Shown here: piece by piece, positions 25,976 through 37,184 of the stretch
Position numbering within the stretch: position 1 is the first letter of the stretch
Layout of the letters: every line of letters begins with the position of its first letter
IMG/VR virus record: IMGVR_UViG_3300028829_002978
Coordinates: 2,437 to 66,436 of that record
Source of the DNA: a virus
Reading direction: 5' to 3' (one strand)
Length of the DNA stretch: 64,000 nucleotides
Translations under genes and position numbers: made by a program
Notes under the pieces: model-generated
Told to the model about the DNA's origin: nothing
What the model saw: the letters and a program-made list of their open reading frames with translations, nothing else
Database searches by the model: none

Positions 25976-28900
25976 CTATTTAAACAGCTCAGTAGGGAAT
26001 ATTGAATTAATACCAATAATATCTAATGGTGTATGAACTATATCTACACCCGAATCTAATCTAACAGGTAATGTCGCATCGAGAATTGTCTCCATGTGCA
26101 TTTCTGTTATACTATCCAACTCAAGACCTAACGCAGTATTTACAGCTCGTTTTGTGAGCATTCTGTATGCAGGTACATGTATTCTAGCCCAGTAAGACGG
26201 GAACATTAAAACACCGTAATCACTTAAAATTTTCATTGCCAGGGGCATATTTTCTTTGTAATCTGGAAAAGATTCAACTACAAGAACTTCAGCTTCTTTT
26301 GAGTCCATATTCTTACTCTTAGTTAAATATCTATAGTACGTTTCTTTTGCTATTGTATCAATAGCATCATTATACCAAACACCTGCTTTCACAATTTCCG
26401 AGTTAGGTGAAATAATAAAGTTGTTTAAATAAGCAACACTATCTTTCTGAGTTTTAATCTTTTTAATCCTCTCAGCTGCCCCATCTAATAGCCTCCCCAT
26501 TTCCTCAGTCGATTCAGACTTTTTAACAATATTACCAACATACTTTAATACCTCAGTACCATCTCCAGTTACATTTGCAATATCACTAATAAACTTGTTT
26601 AAAAGATTTGGAGTACCATCTTTTTTATTTAACATGTATTCTAAACCAGTATTTATATCTGCTTGTAAACCTTTTAATGAATCAATATTATTATTGTAAA
26701 TATCAGAACTTAATGAGTTCATAAATCCACGTTTAACTACACCATTCAATGGGTGATCTTCTAATCTTTGGATTAAATTATCATACTTAGTTTGCAAATT
26801 TGTATCTTTAGGGTATGCGACTTGTTTAACTCTAATTTTAGCGATTTGAGTTCTTAGTTGCCCTAATGTATTCATCTCCGCCATAATAGCTTTACCTTCA
26901 GTAGCTTGTGTGCTTAAAGGGACACCCATAGTAGTTAAGAATGCGACATTTGATGCAGTATCTTTAGCTAATTTTGTAGGGTTTGCAACAGCCATACCAA
27001 TCTTAGCACCACTAATTAGTTGTTTAACTACTTTACTAGCTCTTTGCAGCTTAGGGTTATTGTTAAAGAATGATGTATTATCACCTATTAACCAGTAAGC
27101 CATATCTTTTCTAACTAACGATACTTCATTTTTGAACCCATCTAGATTCGATAAATTTGTATCAATAGGTTTATACTTAGCTTTAATATCCGCTGGTAAG
27201 TCTACATATTTAGCACCTTGACCTAATTTGATAAACCAATGATGATCAACATCTTTATCTTTTATTAGTGTTTGTAATACTTCTACATTTGAGCTATCAT
27301 TAGTCTCAATAACTATCCTAATATCATCTTTTAGCATTTCCTTACGTAATATACCAGCTTCTTGTGCAGCGATCATGTGTGACGTTGTATGGACTAATGA
27401 ATGACCTGGTTTTCTAATGATTCCCATTTCAGTCTTTTCTTCAGATGTTAACACTTTCCTAAAGTCATTATCTCCAACTTGAACAATATTATTAGCCTCT
27501 AAATCTAAATTTTTAGCTAAACTAGAACTAATTTTAATATCATTAGATGTTGTACCTAAATCAATACCTGCACCTTCTAAATAGAATGAGTCATCAATAG
27601 TTCTAACAGCTAATCCTACTTTACCATTTTCTGGTCTAGTAATAATTCTCCAACCTGTACCCTCTGTATATCCAAATTTATCTATATCGTTTTCAGTAAT
27701 GATTTGTTTTTGTAAACCTTTACTATAATACTCCCCAACTAATGAACCTTTAACATCAGGTCTCATACTAACACCACTACCTATGTCTTTATGGATCATA
27801 GCTAATGCTACAGCGTTATCTTTAATAATATCATGTAACTCAGTGTTACTTTGGAACATTTCAAACTTGTCTAAACCAAATTTTTCTAAACCTTTTAAGG
27901 CAATTAATTCTTTAATTTCATTAGCTTTCTTACTTCCAGATATTAAGTGGTCTAAATTATACCCGTATTTACTATTAACTACTTTATTATCACTATAAAG
28001 ACTCACAAAGTGATTCACATAACTTAAATGTTTCTCAGACATAGATTCATCTAACTCTAAGATTCTAGCTTGTATGTCCGCTGTAGACGTGTTTTCATAA
28101 CCATATAAAAAGTAATCTGATAAAGGTACTTTATTTATTACATTATACAAGTCTTTATGTTGCTCTTTTGTAAAATCAGCTGTTAGATCATCAATCTTAG
28201 TCATAATATCATTATCTCTAGTTGTCCTATCTTGATGTAACTTACTAGACACTGATTGAATCATATTTTTATGTTGTTTCTTATTTAGTTTACTTAAATG
28301 TGTAAACTGTAATAATTGCTGTAAAGCAGTAGACCCATCATACACACCTTGAATTTTGTTAGAAACATCTACATATAATGGAAATTTTTCTTTTAAAAGT
28401 TTATGAGTATTTTTTGTAACAGTTTCAGCTTTAGCTTCTACTTTACTTAATAACATAGAGTGTACAGCATCATTTAGATTAGTAACTCTATTACTTATAA
28501 GAGTTTCAGCTTTAGAGAATGTGCCTTTACTATCATCAATTCTACTATATAGTACACCTGGTGTTTCACTTGTAGATTTACCTAAATTATCATTTCTTAA
28601 AAATGAGTCTGTTAGCGCGTTACGTAACTCTTCTTTAGTATTCTCATCAAAGTTAGTACTAAATGTATCTTTTAACCATTTACCTAATGCTTCCCAGAAA
28701 CCTTGTACTTCTCCGTCTTGCTCAACTGTTTGTTTACCTATAGCATCAACTAGATTCTCTTCAGAACCCCATTTCTTTATAGCTGCTTGTACTATTGGAG
28801 TATCTCTAAACATAGCAATATAATGATGTGCATATTCATGTGGTAAAGTATCTTCAGTCATCTTAGAAGGGTCCAAAAGTACTGTTTTAGCATTAATATC

Positions 28901-31900
28901 TGCTTGACCTTTAATATCACTATCTAAAGCTTTGTATTCTAGATTAATATCTGGGTATACATCTTTAAGAATTTTTTCTATCTTAGTTTTTATAGTAGAA
29001 TCATTTTCAACTGTTGTAATAATATCTTCACTTTTAATATCCCCATCAAATGGAGTAGACTCTGGTTTAGCACCCTTTAGCTTTTTAGCTTGTTCAATAC
29101 CTAATTCTTTTTGAGTTGTTTCTGTATCCTCGGTTGTTTCAGCTTTAGGTACTGGTTTTTTATCAGGATCTGGATCTGGTTTCTTGTTAATAACTGGGTC
29201 TGGAACTTGACTTACATCTTGACCAAATATAGATTTTGTGTTATCATTAAATTGTGTATCAATAATATTTTGTTTTTCAGTAATAATTGCATCGATCTGT
29301 GTTCTTAATTTAGGAATACCAGGATTAGCAGGGTCCATCAATTCAGCAGTTTTTAATGCGTTATCTAAGATATCATAGTCTCTAGCCATTTGTTTAAATC
29401 TTTTAATATAATGACCTTGAGCAGCTTCTCCAGTAACAGGATCAGCAATAATCTCATCATGTACTGGAATAATACCATTAGATGATTCTATATCTGTCAT
29501 TGCATCATTAGTTGCTGAATAGATATTAAATGTATCTTTAGCATGTACAGCATTCGCTTTCAAAGTAGTTAATGTAGGACGTTCTTCTCTAGTAGCAACT
29601 TCCCATACAGTACCAGCTTTAGTCTTAACATCTTTTGCAACATCAAAGATTTTTTCTAGTGGGATTCCATATTTATTTAAATTTTCTTTAGTAAACTCGA
29701 TTCCATTTAAAACAGCTGAAGGAGGCATCAATTTAATATGTTCACCTTTCTTCTTTTGAATATCAGTTAACACGTTAAATACATCACCTAAAATTGTATT
29801 TCTCTCTTTAAACAGTTTGTTAGCAACTTCTTGGTTAAGCGTTGTATATAAAATTACTGCTGGAGATAAATTACCATCTTTTAAAGCATCAACTGTTTCT
29901 GAGTAAATTGTAGGGTCTGACAATATCTGTTTATAATTTAAACCGTCTTTACCTAATAATGTAGAAAGATACTTACCAGCTTTTTTACGGCCTGGTCCAT
30001 TCTTTTGCATAGCAACAAATAACTTATTAGCCATACCTTCCGCAATAGTATTAGTAGCAGCTTTCTTACCTTGACCATATATCAATGTCATTGTAGGGTC
30101 TTTAGATAGCTCTCTAGTATCTACTTTACCATTCTTATCATATATACCTGATTCCATTAAAGCATTAATTACTGGTCCAAAGTTCTTCTGAGCTAATGTA
30201 CCTGTTTTTAGTTGTTCAACTTTAGATAGTCCTGAACTGTCTTTAGTAAACTCATTAATAGCTTGTTGTAAGATCCCATATACATCATTTAATGATTTTG
30301 TATCACCATCTAAATTTAATACGTCCATACTTTTTAGTATTTTAGCTACTTTAGGATTTGTACCTAATGCTTCCATTAGTGTAATCATACCACCAGAAGC
30401 TTTCGCATCGGACTTAGTTGCATATTCAGTAGTTACTGAACCTGTTTCTAAACCTGATCTAACATCATTAATAGCCGCTAATGTAGATAATAAAGTTGTA
30501 GGTTGACCTTTAAACTGGTTATTCTCACTTATTACATCATCTAGAAATTTAACCTTAACCCCTAAATCACTTTCATTTTCAAATAGATCTTTATATACTT
30601 CTAAGTACGCATCTAAATCTGTATTCTTACCTGGAGTAGTAATGTCTTCAACACTAAAACCTGATTCATCTTCAAGTTCTGATACCATATGTTTATACAC
30701 TCTAATACCTTCTTCTGAAGTAATATCAAATGTAACTTCACCTGTAGTTAATCCATGTCTAGCAAATTTACTAGTTTGTGCATTTAGTATAGTAGTCATA
30801 TTATGCAATCTAGCATTTCTTACAAAGTTATAATCAAAATGTAAATTAATTGGATTTCCATCAGTATCTAGATAATCTGAATATTTTACTAGTAAGTCTT
30901 CCATTGGAGCAGATTGAGATAAGTTTTGTCCACCTTGACTTTCTTTCTTTTCTAATGACATTTTTAAATCATTTAACCCAAATATATTATTTAAAGCATC
31001 TGTACTACCAGCAACTAATTCTAATGACCAATCATTAAATCCTCTTTCAATACCACTTTCATTATATACTTCAGCTAGCTGTTTAATAAATGAGTGATTA
31101 CCTTTAGATAACTTACTTCCTGTTTTAGCAATAGTCTTTCTAGCTTCTTGTAACATAGGTGATACATCACTATAATCATTATCTGACATCTTATCAATAT
31201 CTGTATCTGAAGGTTTAGATAAGCTTGGCTCTACAATAGTAGAAGCAGTAGTTAATTTATTAGTAACACTTAATATACCTGCAATAGTATCTAGTTCTGG
31301 TGCTTTCTGTCCATCTTTTTTATATTCATATGCCATTTCTCTAGCTAATGCGTTATTACTAAAGTATAGTTCATTATATTTACCATATCGGTCATTATCT
31401 GTAACGAGACTATCAATATTAATATTTACAACTTGTCCTACACTAGTTTTTTCTTCATTACTAATATTAACAGTTGGTTGATAGTTATCACCTTCTACAA
31501 AGTCATTTATATATGAACCTTTAGAAATAGTAACTGCACCAGTTGATTCTAAATCTTTTAGGACAGTTAAACCAACTTTACTATACATAACTTCAATTTG
31601 TGAAGGTACTCTTAAATTTTCTTTAGTAGATTTAAATCTAAAACCTTGTTGATACATTACCTTTCTACCTATAACAGCAGCTAATCTTCTAATAGGAATA
31701 TTAGGTGTAATACCATTTGAACTAATTCTAGATGTACTAATATTATTATTTTTAGCTTTATCAGATTCACCTTTAATAGCATCAATTACATTCTGTAAAC
31801 CTACAGATCGTTGTACAGCATTTTCTGGTTCTGATAATATATCTAAAAATTTTGAAACACTTTTAATATTTTTACTTTGGATAAAACCAATCTTTTTATA

Positions 31901-32101
31901 GAATGCTTTACCTACTAAATCTTTGATAGCTGATATAGATGTAGAATTACCTTTTAAAAAACCAATCAAATCCTTAGGATTCAATTGAGTTATATCAAAT
32001 CGTAAAGATTTCTCTTTATCAAAGTTTACACCTACTTTACTATTGAAGTGTATTGTATGCAACACTTCTAATAGTTCTTCTTTTGTAATACAATTAGCCA
32101 T
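25976..32101 (-). CDS. Virion-encapsidated RNA polymerase (N4 gp50-like): polymerase and C-terminal domains with a zincin insert
   Basis: RNARLH, motif A KSDAKASG, motif B RELSKDPTMTLIYGQG, motif C PVHDEI; HEYAHH at 28823-28840. Confidence 0.85.
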   Translation of the reverse strand: MANCITKEELLEVLHTIHFNSKVGVNFDKEKSLRFDITQLNPKDLIGFLKGNSTSISAIKDLVGKAFYKKIGFIQSKNIKSVSKFLDILSEPENAVQRSVGLQNVIDAIKGESDKAKNNNISTSRISSNGITPNIPIRRLAAVIGRKVMYQQGFRFKSTKENLRVPSQIEVMYSKVGLTVLKDLESTGAVTISKGSYINDFVEGDNYQPTVNISNEEKTSVGQVVNINIDSLVTDNDRYGKYNELYFSNNALAREMAYEYKKDGQKAPELDTIAGILSVTNKLTTASTIVEPSLSKPSDTDIDKMSDNDYSDVSPMLQEARKTIAKTGSKLSKGNHSFIKQLAEVYNESGIERGFNDWSLELVAGSTDALNNIFGLNDLKMSLEKKESQGGQNLSQSAPMEDLLVKYSDYLDTDGNPINLHFDYNFVRNARLHNMTTILNAQTSKFARHGLTTGEVTFDITSEEGIRVYKHMVSELEDESGFSVEDITTPGKNTDLDAYLEVYKDLFENESDLGVKVKFLDDVISENNQFKGQPTTLLSTLAAINDVRSGLETGSVTTEYATKSDAKASGGMITLMEALGTNPKVAKILKSMDVLNLDGDTKSLNDVYGILQQAINEFTKDSSGLSKVEQLKTGTLAQKNFGPVINALMESGIYDKNGKVDTRELSKDPTMTLIYGQGKKAATNTIAEGMANKLFVAMQKNGPGRKKAGKYLSTLLGKDGLNYKQILSDPTIYSETVDALKDGNLSPAVILYTTLNQEVANKLFKERNTILGDVFNVLTDIQKKKGEHIKLMPPSAVLNGIEFTKENLNKYGIPLEKIFDVAKDVKTKAGTVWEVATREERPTLTTLKANAVHAKDTFNIYSATNDAMTDIESSNGIIPVHDEIIADPVTGEAAQGHYIKRFKQMARDYDILDNALKTAELMDPANPGIPKLRTQIDAIITEKQNIIDTQFNDNTKSIFGQDVSQVPDPVINKKPDPDPDKKPVPKAETTEDTETTQKELGIEQAKKLKGAKPESTPFDGDIKSEDIITTVENDSTIKTKIEKILKDVYPDINLEYKALDSDIKGQADINAKTVLLDPSKMTEDTLPHEYAHHYIAMFRDTPIVQAAIKKWGSEENLVDAIGKQTVEQDGEVQGFWEALGKWLKDTFSTNFDENTKEELRNALTDSFLRNDNLGKSTSETPGVLYSRIDDSKGTFSKAETLISNRVTNLNDAVHSMLLSKVEAKAETVTKNTHKLLKEKFPLYVDVSNKIQGVYDGSTALQQLLQFTHLSKLNKKQHKNMIQSVSSKLHQDRTTRDNDIMTKIDDLTADFTKEQHKDLYNVINKVPLSDYFLYGYENTSTADIQARILELDESMSEKHLSYVNHFVSLYSDNKVVNSKYGYNLDHLISGSKKANEIKELIALKGLEKFGLDKFEMFQSNTELHDIIKDNAVALAMIHKDIGSGVSMRPDVKGSLVGEYYSKGLQKQIITENDIDKFGYTEGTGWRIITRPENGKVGLAVRTIDDSFYLEGAGIDLGTTSNDIKISSSLAKNLDLEANNIVQVGDNDFRKVLTSEEKTEMGIIRKPGHSLVHTTSHMIAAQEAGILRKEMLKDDIRIVIETNDSSNVEVLQTLIKDKDVDHHWFIKLGQGAKYVDLPADIKAKYKPIDTNLSNLDGFKNEVSLVRKDMAYWLIGDNTSFFNNNPKLQRASKVVKQLISGAKIGMAVANPTKLAKDTASNVAFLTTMGVPLSTQATEGKAIMAEMNTLGQLRTQIAKIRVKQVAYPKDTNLQTKYDNLIQRLEDHPLNGVVKRGFMNSLSSDIYNNNIDSLKGLQADINTGLEYMLNKKDGTPNLLNKFISDIANVTGDGTEVLKYVGNIVKKSESTEEMGRLLDGAAERIKKIKTQKDSVAYLNNFIISPNSEIVKAGVWYNDAIDTIAKETYYRYLTKSKNMDSKEAEVLVVESFPDYKENMPLAMKILSDYGVLMFPSYWARIHVPAYRMLTKRAVNTALGLELDSITEMHMETILDATLPVRLDSGVDIVHTPLDIIGINSIFPTELFK

Positions 32102-32110
32102 TTATTTTCC

Positions 32111-34846
32111 TTATTTACAAAGAGTATCTTTTAACGCTTCAGCAAATAAATCTACTTCAGCGTCAATTTCTGTACTTTTAACTTTTTGAGTATTAAAATT
32201 TTGATCTATTTTATCCTCTTGATCTAGTATTGTATCCTCTTCATGTTTAGTAGATGATTGTTTAGGATCTAATATACCTAATATATCTTGAACTAATGAG
32301 TCATCTTTTGTAGCAATTTCATTATCTACTAAATCTGGGTACTGTTCATAAAATAGTTTATTTAATTTACCTATGTTTTCAATATCACCTTCTTTTTCAA
32401 TTAGTTTAGATGCAACTCTTGCAGACATAACACGTTTTTCACCTTTAGTAAGACTCTTATCATTTATTAATGACTCAGTAATATTTTTACTAGTAACACC
32501 TTCTTCTTTTGCAATTTGTTTAGCTTTTTCAGCAAGTTCTTGAACCTTAGGTTTTAATGCTTTGTAATATTGTTTAGTCTTTTTAACAACTGCATCTACA
32601 CCTTCTTTAATTTTACTTACTACTGTTTGTTCTTTATAACCTTTTTTAATTTTACGCTCTAAACTATTATATTGTTTAGTTGTAATATCTTTAGATCTAT
32701 CTAAAACTTTTAATGCGGTATCTAATTTCTTCTTAATTTCTGGGTCAATTACTTGTTGACCTGATATACCTTGTAATTCATTATAAATTACAATAGCTTG
32801 GTTCTTAGTAACATTTGCAGAAGATTTTAACTTAGCTATAGTAGACTGTTCAGGTAATACTGTAAGTATTTTATCAGATATAATACCTAAAGTTTTTCTG
32901 GCATTTATTCTAGTATCTTTAGCAGTAGTTAATAGTTTTTTAACATATGGAGAATTTGATGCAACACCAATCATAGTATCTAAATCACCATCTGTGATCT
33001 CATTTATAACTTTTTTAAGTTTCTTATCAATCTCTTTATTAGATAACGCATTATTAGCTCTCCCTTCAATAACATCATCCATAAACCCTCTAGCAGCTGT
33101 TGTATCTAAATTTTTAGCTGTGTCCACAGTAGTGTCAATTGTCTTACCTGTAAAATCTTTTGTAATTTTATAAGCTTCAGTAGCAGTTTTAACTACACCT
33201 TTAATAGCATCTGAACCTACAATCTTTTTTACACCTTGTTTTGCATTATTATATACTCTATAAGTTGCATCATTAGCTCGTGCAGCTTCCAGGATCGTCT
33301 TTGACTTAAGAGTTGCATCATTATTAGCACTCATAGCTTTACGGGCTATAGCAGTTGCCATTTGATCAGTAACTACTGTACCTTTATCTTTTAGTTTATC
33401 TAGACTTGCTTGGATACTATTACTAGCTGTGTGGATTTTACCACCTACATTATTTTCAGGGTCATTTATAAATTTATCTAAATCTGTTTTAGTAGTAATT
33501 TTATCTAGTGCCTCAGTTTGAGAATCTAATTGACTTGTAAATGTTTGATGTAGTGTATCTTCAGCTTCATATTTATCTTGTATAGATTGTCTATCTTCTT
33601 TTGTAAGCGCTTTATATCCAGCTTTAGCTGAAATATCTGCTATTTTATTAGCAACAGTCTTAGTAGTCTTACTTACACCTCGTGCAGCTAAATTTGTTGT
33701 ACCGGTTACTGCCAGAGGGGCAGCTCTAATAGAACCTGAAGTTGCTCCACCTAAAATAGCAGATATGTTAGCTTCTTTTTGATTAGCCTTATTACTAAGT
33801 AAATCACCAAAGTTACCTGGATTCTCTGTAAGAATTTGTGTCCAAGTTTGTAAATATTCTTGACCTGCTTCTGACCCTACAGCTTGTGCTATTCTACTTG
33901 CATTAATACTTATATTTTTAGTTAAACCTTTTAAACCACCACTTGCTAATGCTTTAGCTGTACCTATAGTTAAGTCTTCAGCAATATCTGTAGGAATAGC
34001 TTTTGCCATACCTTTAAAAATATTAAATTCAATACCCATTAATGCAATATTTGCAGTACTAGAACCCACAATACGTTGCCAAGAAGCTTCTTTACCAGTA
34101 GCTTCCTCATACGCTCGTTTCTGTTGATTCGCCATACCAGCACCAATAGTTATAGTAGCTGGATTAACCTTTACTACTTTATCTAATGCTTTTAACATTT
34201 TAGGTACTGTTTTACTACCAGCTTTAGCAGCAACCATACCTAATTTACTTAATACATTAGCTTGACCTACTCCCGGTATTAACATAGAACCAATAATAGC
34301 AGTACTATCAGCAGCTAAACCTGGAACCGCAGTTAATGCATCTCTAGTTAAGTTCCAACCAGCTCCTAATATATTACCTACTCCACCTTGGTCTACTGCT
34401 TGACCGAATGCATCATAACTCTCACCTACATTTGTAATATTTTGTTGATGTGCTCTATCATCAAATCCTACGTGTTGATTAATCTCTTCATCAGTTCTAT
34501 AATCTATGTTACGTAACTGTTCAGCTTGTTGATCGAAACCTAATTGTTCAGCACCCCATCCAGCAATATCTGTACCTAATTGTGCAGTATCTCTACCTAA
34601 CTTATAAACTCCTGCTTGTACTTGATCTACGTAATCAGATTGAGGTTCATTTGTAGGTGTATTACCATATAGGTTGTTAAAAGTATCATCTAATGAACCT
34701 AGTAAAGGAGCTGGTTCTGGTGCTATATTATTTAGCTTAACATTCTTATTCTTAGCAAGTAGATCCATCTTTTGTTGAGCTAGAGATGGAGTACTTGTAG
34801 GTACATCAAAATTTAAACCTTGTGTTTGTTGTTCTTCATAACGCAT
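32111..34846 (-). CDS. Large internal virion/ejection protein, probably the separated N-terminal domain of vRNAP
   Basis: 911 aa with Ala/Gly-rich amphipathic segments and GSEAGQEYLQT; lies immediately upstream of the vRNAP gene. Confidence 0.6.
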   Translation of the reverse strand: MRYEEQQTQGLNFDVPTSTPSLAQQKMDLLAKNKNVKLNNIAPEPAPLLGSLDDTFNNLYGNTPTNEPQSDYVDQVQAGVYKLGRDTAQLGTDIAGWGAEQLGFDQQAEQLRNIDYRTDEEINQHVGFDDRAHQQNITNVGESYDAFGQAVDQGGVGNILGAGWNLTRDALTAVPGLAADSTAIIGSMLIPGVGQANVLSKLGMVAAKAGSKTVPKMLKALDKVVKVNPATITIGAGMANQQKRAYEEATGKEASWQRIVGSSTANIALMGIEFNIFKGMAKAIPTDIAEDLTIGTAKALASGGLKGLTKNISINASRIAQAVGSEAGQEYLQTWTQILTENPGNFGDLLSNKANQKEANISAILGGATSGSIRAAPLAVTGTTNLAARGVSKTTKTVANKIADISAKAGYKALTKEDRQSIQDKYEAEDTLHQTFTSQLDSQTEALDKITTKTDLDKFINDPENNVGGKIHTASNSIQASLDKLKDKGTVVTDQMATAIARKAMSANNDATLKSKTILEAARANDATYRVYNNAKQGVKKIVGSDAIKGVVKTATEAYKITKDFTGKTIDTTVDTAKNLDTTAARGFMDDVIEGRANNALSNKEIDKKLKKVINEITDGDLDTMIGVASNSPYVKKLLTTAKDTRINARKTLGIISDKILTVLPEQSTIAKLKSSANVTKNQAIVIYNELQGISGQQVIDPEIKKKLDTALKVLDRSKDITTKQYNSLERKIKKGYKEQTVVSKIKEGVDAVVKKTKQYYKALKPKVQELAEKAKQIAKEEGVTSKNITESLINDKSLTKGEKRVMSARVASKLIEKEGDIENIGKLNKLFYEQYPDLVDNEIATKDDSLVQDILGILDPKQSSTKHEEDTILDQEDKIDQNFNTQKVKSTEIDAEVDLFAEALKDTLCK

Positions 34847-34855
34847 TTAATGTCC

Positions 34856-36511
34856 TTATCTTGTAACAGATTTAGTGAAATTTCTAATATCTCTCTTTTT
34901 TATAGCTCTTTCATAAACAGCTTTTCGTTCTCTTGCATTTTTAGCTTTTTTATAGTCTTCTGCAAGACCGATAGTATTGATTAAGCTAATTTGATCTTCA
35001 TGTTTATAAGTATCTCTTTTATACTGTTCTTTCTTCTCAGCCCTATCGTCTTTAATTCTTTGTCTTTTATCTATTTGGTTTTGAGCTTTCTGTCTAGTAA
35101 AAAAATTAAGACTTTTTAATTCTTTCTTTTCTTGTTGTGTTATTTTCACCTTTGAAGGATCTTCTTTAAGGCTCTCTTCATCTTGATTAATAGCATCATC
35201 ACTATATCCTTCAATAACAGACGTTAAATCTTCTGGTTCTTTAGTTTTATCTGAACTTGTACTACTTTTTTTAGTATCCACTACTTTTGGTCCATTAAAA
35301 AATGTGTCTAAAGATGTTTTATCAGCTGTACCTCTTAAACCTGATTGAGCTATCTTAACATCGTTCTCTTGGAAATTTTTAGTAAGTAATGCCATTTGTT
35401 TTCTTATATCAACATTATTTGCTTCTACAGAATTAGATCTACTACCACCGTCATTAGTTGTTCTAACGCTTGAAGCTGAAGGTTTACCCATATATGATGC
35501 AATAGTTGCAGGATCTGCTAATGCGTCATCTATTAACCAATTCTCTTTTACACCTGCTTCTAAACCTCTAGCAATTTGAGTATCATCATAACCATAGTTT
35601 TTAAGTACAGTAACTGTTTTATTTAGGTTCCCTGTTGTAGGTCTTGTTTCACCAAATAGTGTACCACTAATTTTACCTGTAATATCTTTACCTATTGCTA
35701 ATTTTTCAATAGTATTAGATATTAATGTTGGATTGTCTTTTTGAGTAGAAACAGTTTTATTACCTTTACCTACAGAAATAGTACCATCCTCATTAACAGT
35801 CATACCACTACCACTTCCAATACCTTTTTTAAGAATAGCCATATTTTCTTTATAAATAGTTTCATTCATCTCTCTTTCAGCTTTAATATTTTCAGCTGAA
35901 TTTACAGGATAACGTGAAGCCAACTCTGAAGCTACAACACTATCTGCTTCTGCTTTAGTAAACTTACCGGTATTCATTAATTGAGCTAATGCTTGTTCTT
36001 TAAAAGCACTAGGGTCTCTATTAAGTGTATAATCTGCTTTAGTATTATCAATCGATTGACCATCTCCTAAATCAGTATATAAACCCTGGTTTAAGATATT
36101 TAATTCTTTATCAAAGTTACCTCTTGCTACTGGATCATTTTGTAAATCTTGACCTTCATATTTCTTATTTAGTTCAACAAATTTATTATTTACATCAGCA
36201 GTAAGTTGTGTGTTAACAGGATTTGCTATTTTACTTAACTCAATACCTGCATTACGTTGATCTATAAGTCTTTGTTGTTCAGTCATAGTTGCATCATGAC
36301 TTGCTTGTTGTCTAGTATTAGCTTGGTTTAATAGATTAAGTCTTTTATCTGACTCAATTCTATCTTGTTTTAACTTTTGTTGTTGTAAATTTCGATCTAG
36401 TGTTTGGCTTGCAATAGTAGAAACATTAGACAAATTCCTAGAAGCATTAACCATTGCCTGGTCACTACCAAAACCTCTAGCTACACTATTCCATCTTAAA
36501 TCTTGAGCCAT
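34856..36511 (-). CDS. Internal virion (ejection) protein, N4 gp51-like
   Basis: Begins MAQDLRWNSV; helical; syntenic position. Confidence 0.55.
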   Translation of the reverse strand: MAQDLRWNSVARGFGSDQAMVNASRNLSNVSTIASQTLDRNLQQQKLKQDRIESDKRLNLLNQANTRQQASHDATMTEQQRLIDQRNAGIELSKIANPVNTQLTADVNNKFVELNKKYEGQDLQNDPVARGNFDKELNILNQGLYTDLGDGQSIDNTKADYTLNRDPSAFKEQALAQLMNTGKFTKAEADSVVASELASRYPVNSAENIKAEREMNETIYKENMAILKKGIGSGSGMTVNEDGTISVGKGNKTVSTQKDNPTLISNTIEKLAIGKDITGKISGTLFGETRPTTGNLNKTVTVLKNYGYDDTQIARGLEAGVKENWLIDDALADPATIASYMGKPSASSVRTTNDGGSRSNSVEANNVDIRKQMALLTKNFQENDVKIAQSGLRGTADKTSLDTFFNGPKVVDTKKSSTSSDKTKEPEDLTSVIEGYSDDAINQDEESLKEDPSKVKITQQEKKELKSLNFFTRQKAQNQIDKRQRIKDDRAEKKEQYKRDTYKHEDQISLINTIGLAEDYKKAKNARERKAVYERAIKKRDIRNFTKSVTR

Positions 36512-36520
36512 AATTAATCC

Positions 36521-37141
36521 TTATACTATTTTATTTTCTGAGAGTTTTCTACTATTTATATAGTTTTGACTTGCGGTTATTTGGTCTTGAGTCATTGCAG
36601 ACCCACCTAATGCTAAACCTACATCTTGAGAGTTTTGTAACCCTGTGTTATAACCCATTGCTTGTGCAATATAATCTGCATTAGTTGTAGCTTTTTCAGC
36701 TGCGAACTTCTCTTTAGCTAAACCATAATTCTTATAACCTAGATAAGCATTTGCCACACCAGTAAGAGCCTGAACACCATTCATAGCTGTATTCAAACCT
36801 GATGATATATTACTACCATCTAGATTCTGACCATTAGGACTCTCTTGTAAATATTTTGTTGCTTCAGGATTATTAGATAAATCACCTGTGTACATTTGCT
36901 TACCATTTTCTACATATCCAAATGTATTGTTATCTTGCATTCCTGTAGCAAACCCAAATGAAGTACCTAAATTCTTATTTACACCTGCTTCAAATCTATT
37001 TGGAGTATTAGTACCTTGTGTTGGTACAGATCCTAATCCTTTGTTAAACACACTAGGAGAAACTTTTGCACCAACCGATCTAGTATTTGTGCCCCCACCA
37101 ATTATTTGTCCTGAATATGGGTCTTTAAATGTATCAGACAT
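36521..37141 (-). CDS. Internal virion protein, N4 gp52-like
   Basis: Gly-rich; NAYLGYKNYGLAKEKF...Q...YNT.L pattern; synteny. Confidence 0.6.
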   Translation of the reverse strand: MSDTFKDPYSGQIIGGGTNTRSVGAKVSPSVFNKGLGSVPTQGTNTPNRFEAGVNKNLGTSFGFATGMQDNNTFGYVENGKQMYTGDLSNNPEATKYLQESPNGQNLDGSNISSGLNTAMNGVQALTGVANAYLGYKNYGLAKEKFAAEKATTNADYIAQAMGYNTGLQNSQDVGLALGGSAMTQDQITASQNYINSRKLSENKIV

Positions 37142-37184
37142 TTTTTATCCTTTTTTATTTTTATTTTAAAATTATACCATAATA

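Noticed and set aside
26910-31038. Several + strand ORFs of 60-100 aa inside the vRNAP gene
   Set aside because: Antisense shadows of a long, motif-bearing gene, with no RBS. The same applies to the antisense ORFs at 166, 2463, 4083, 6212, 36888, 40957, 43363, 45979, 54741 and 57234.
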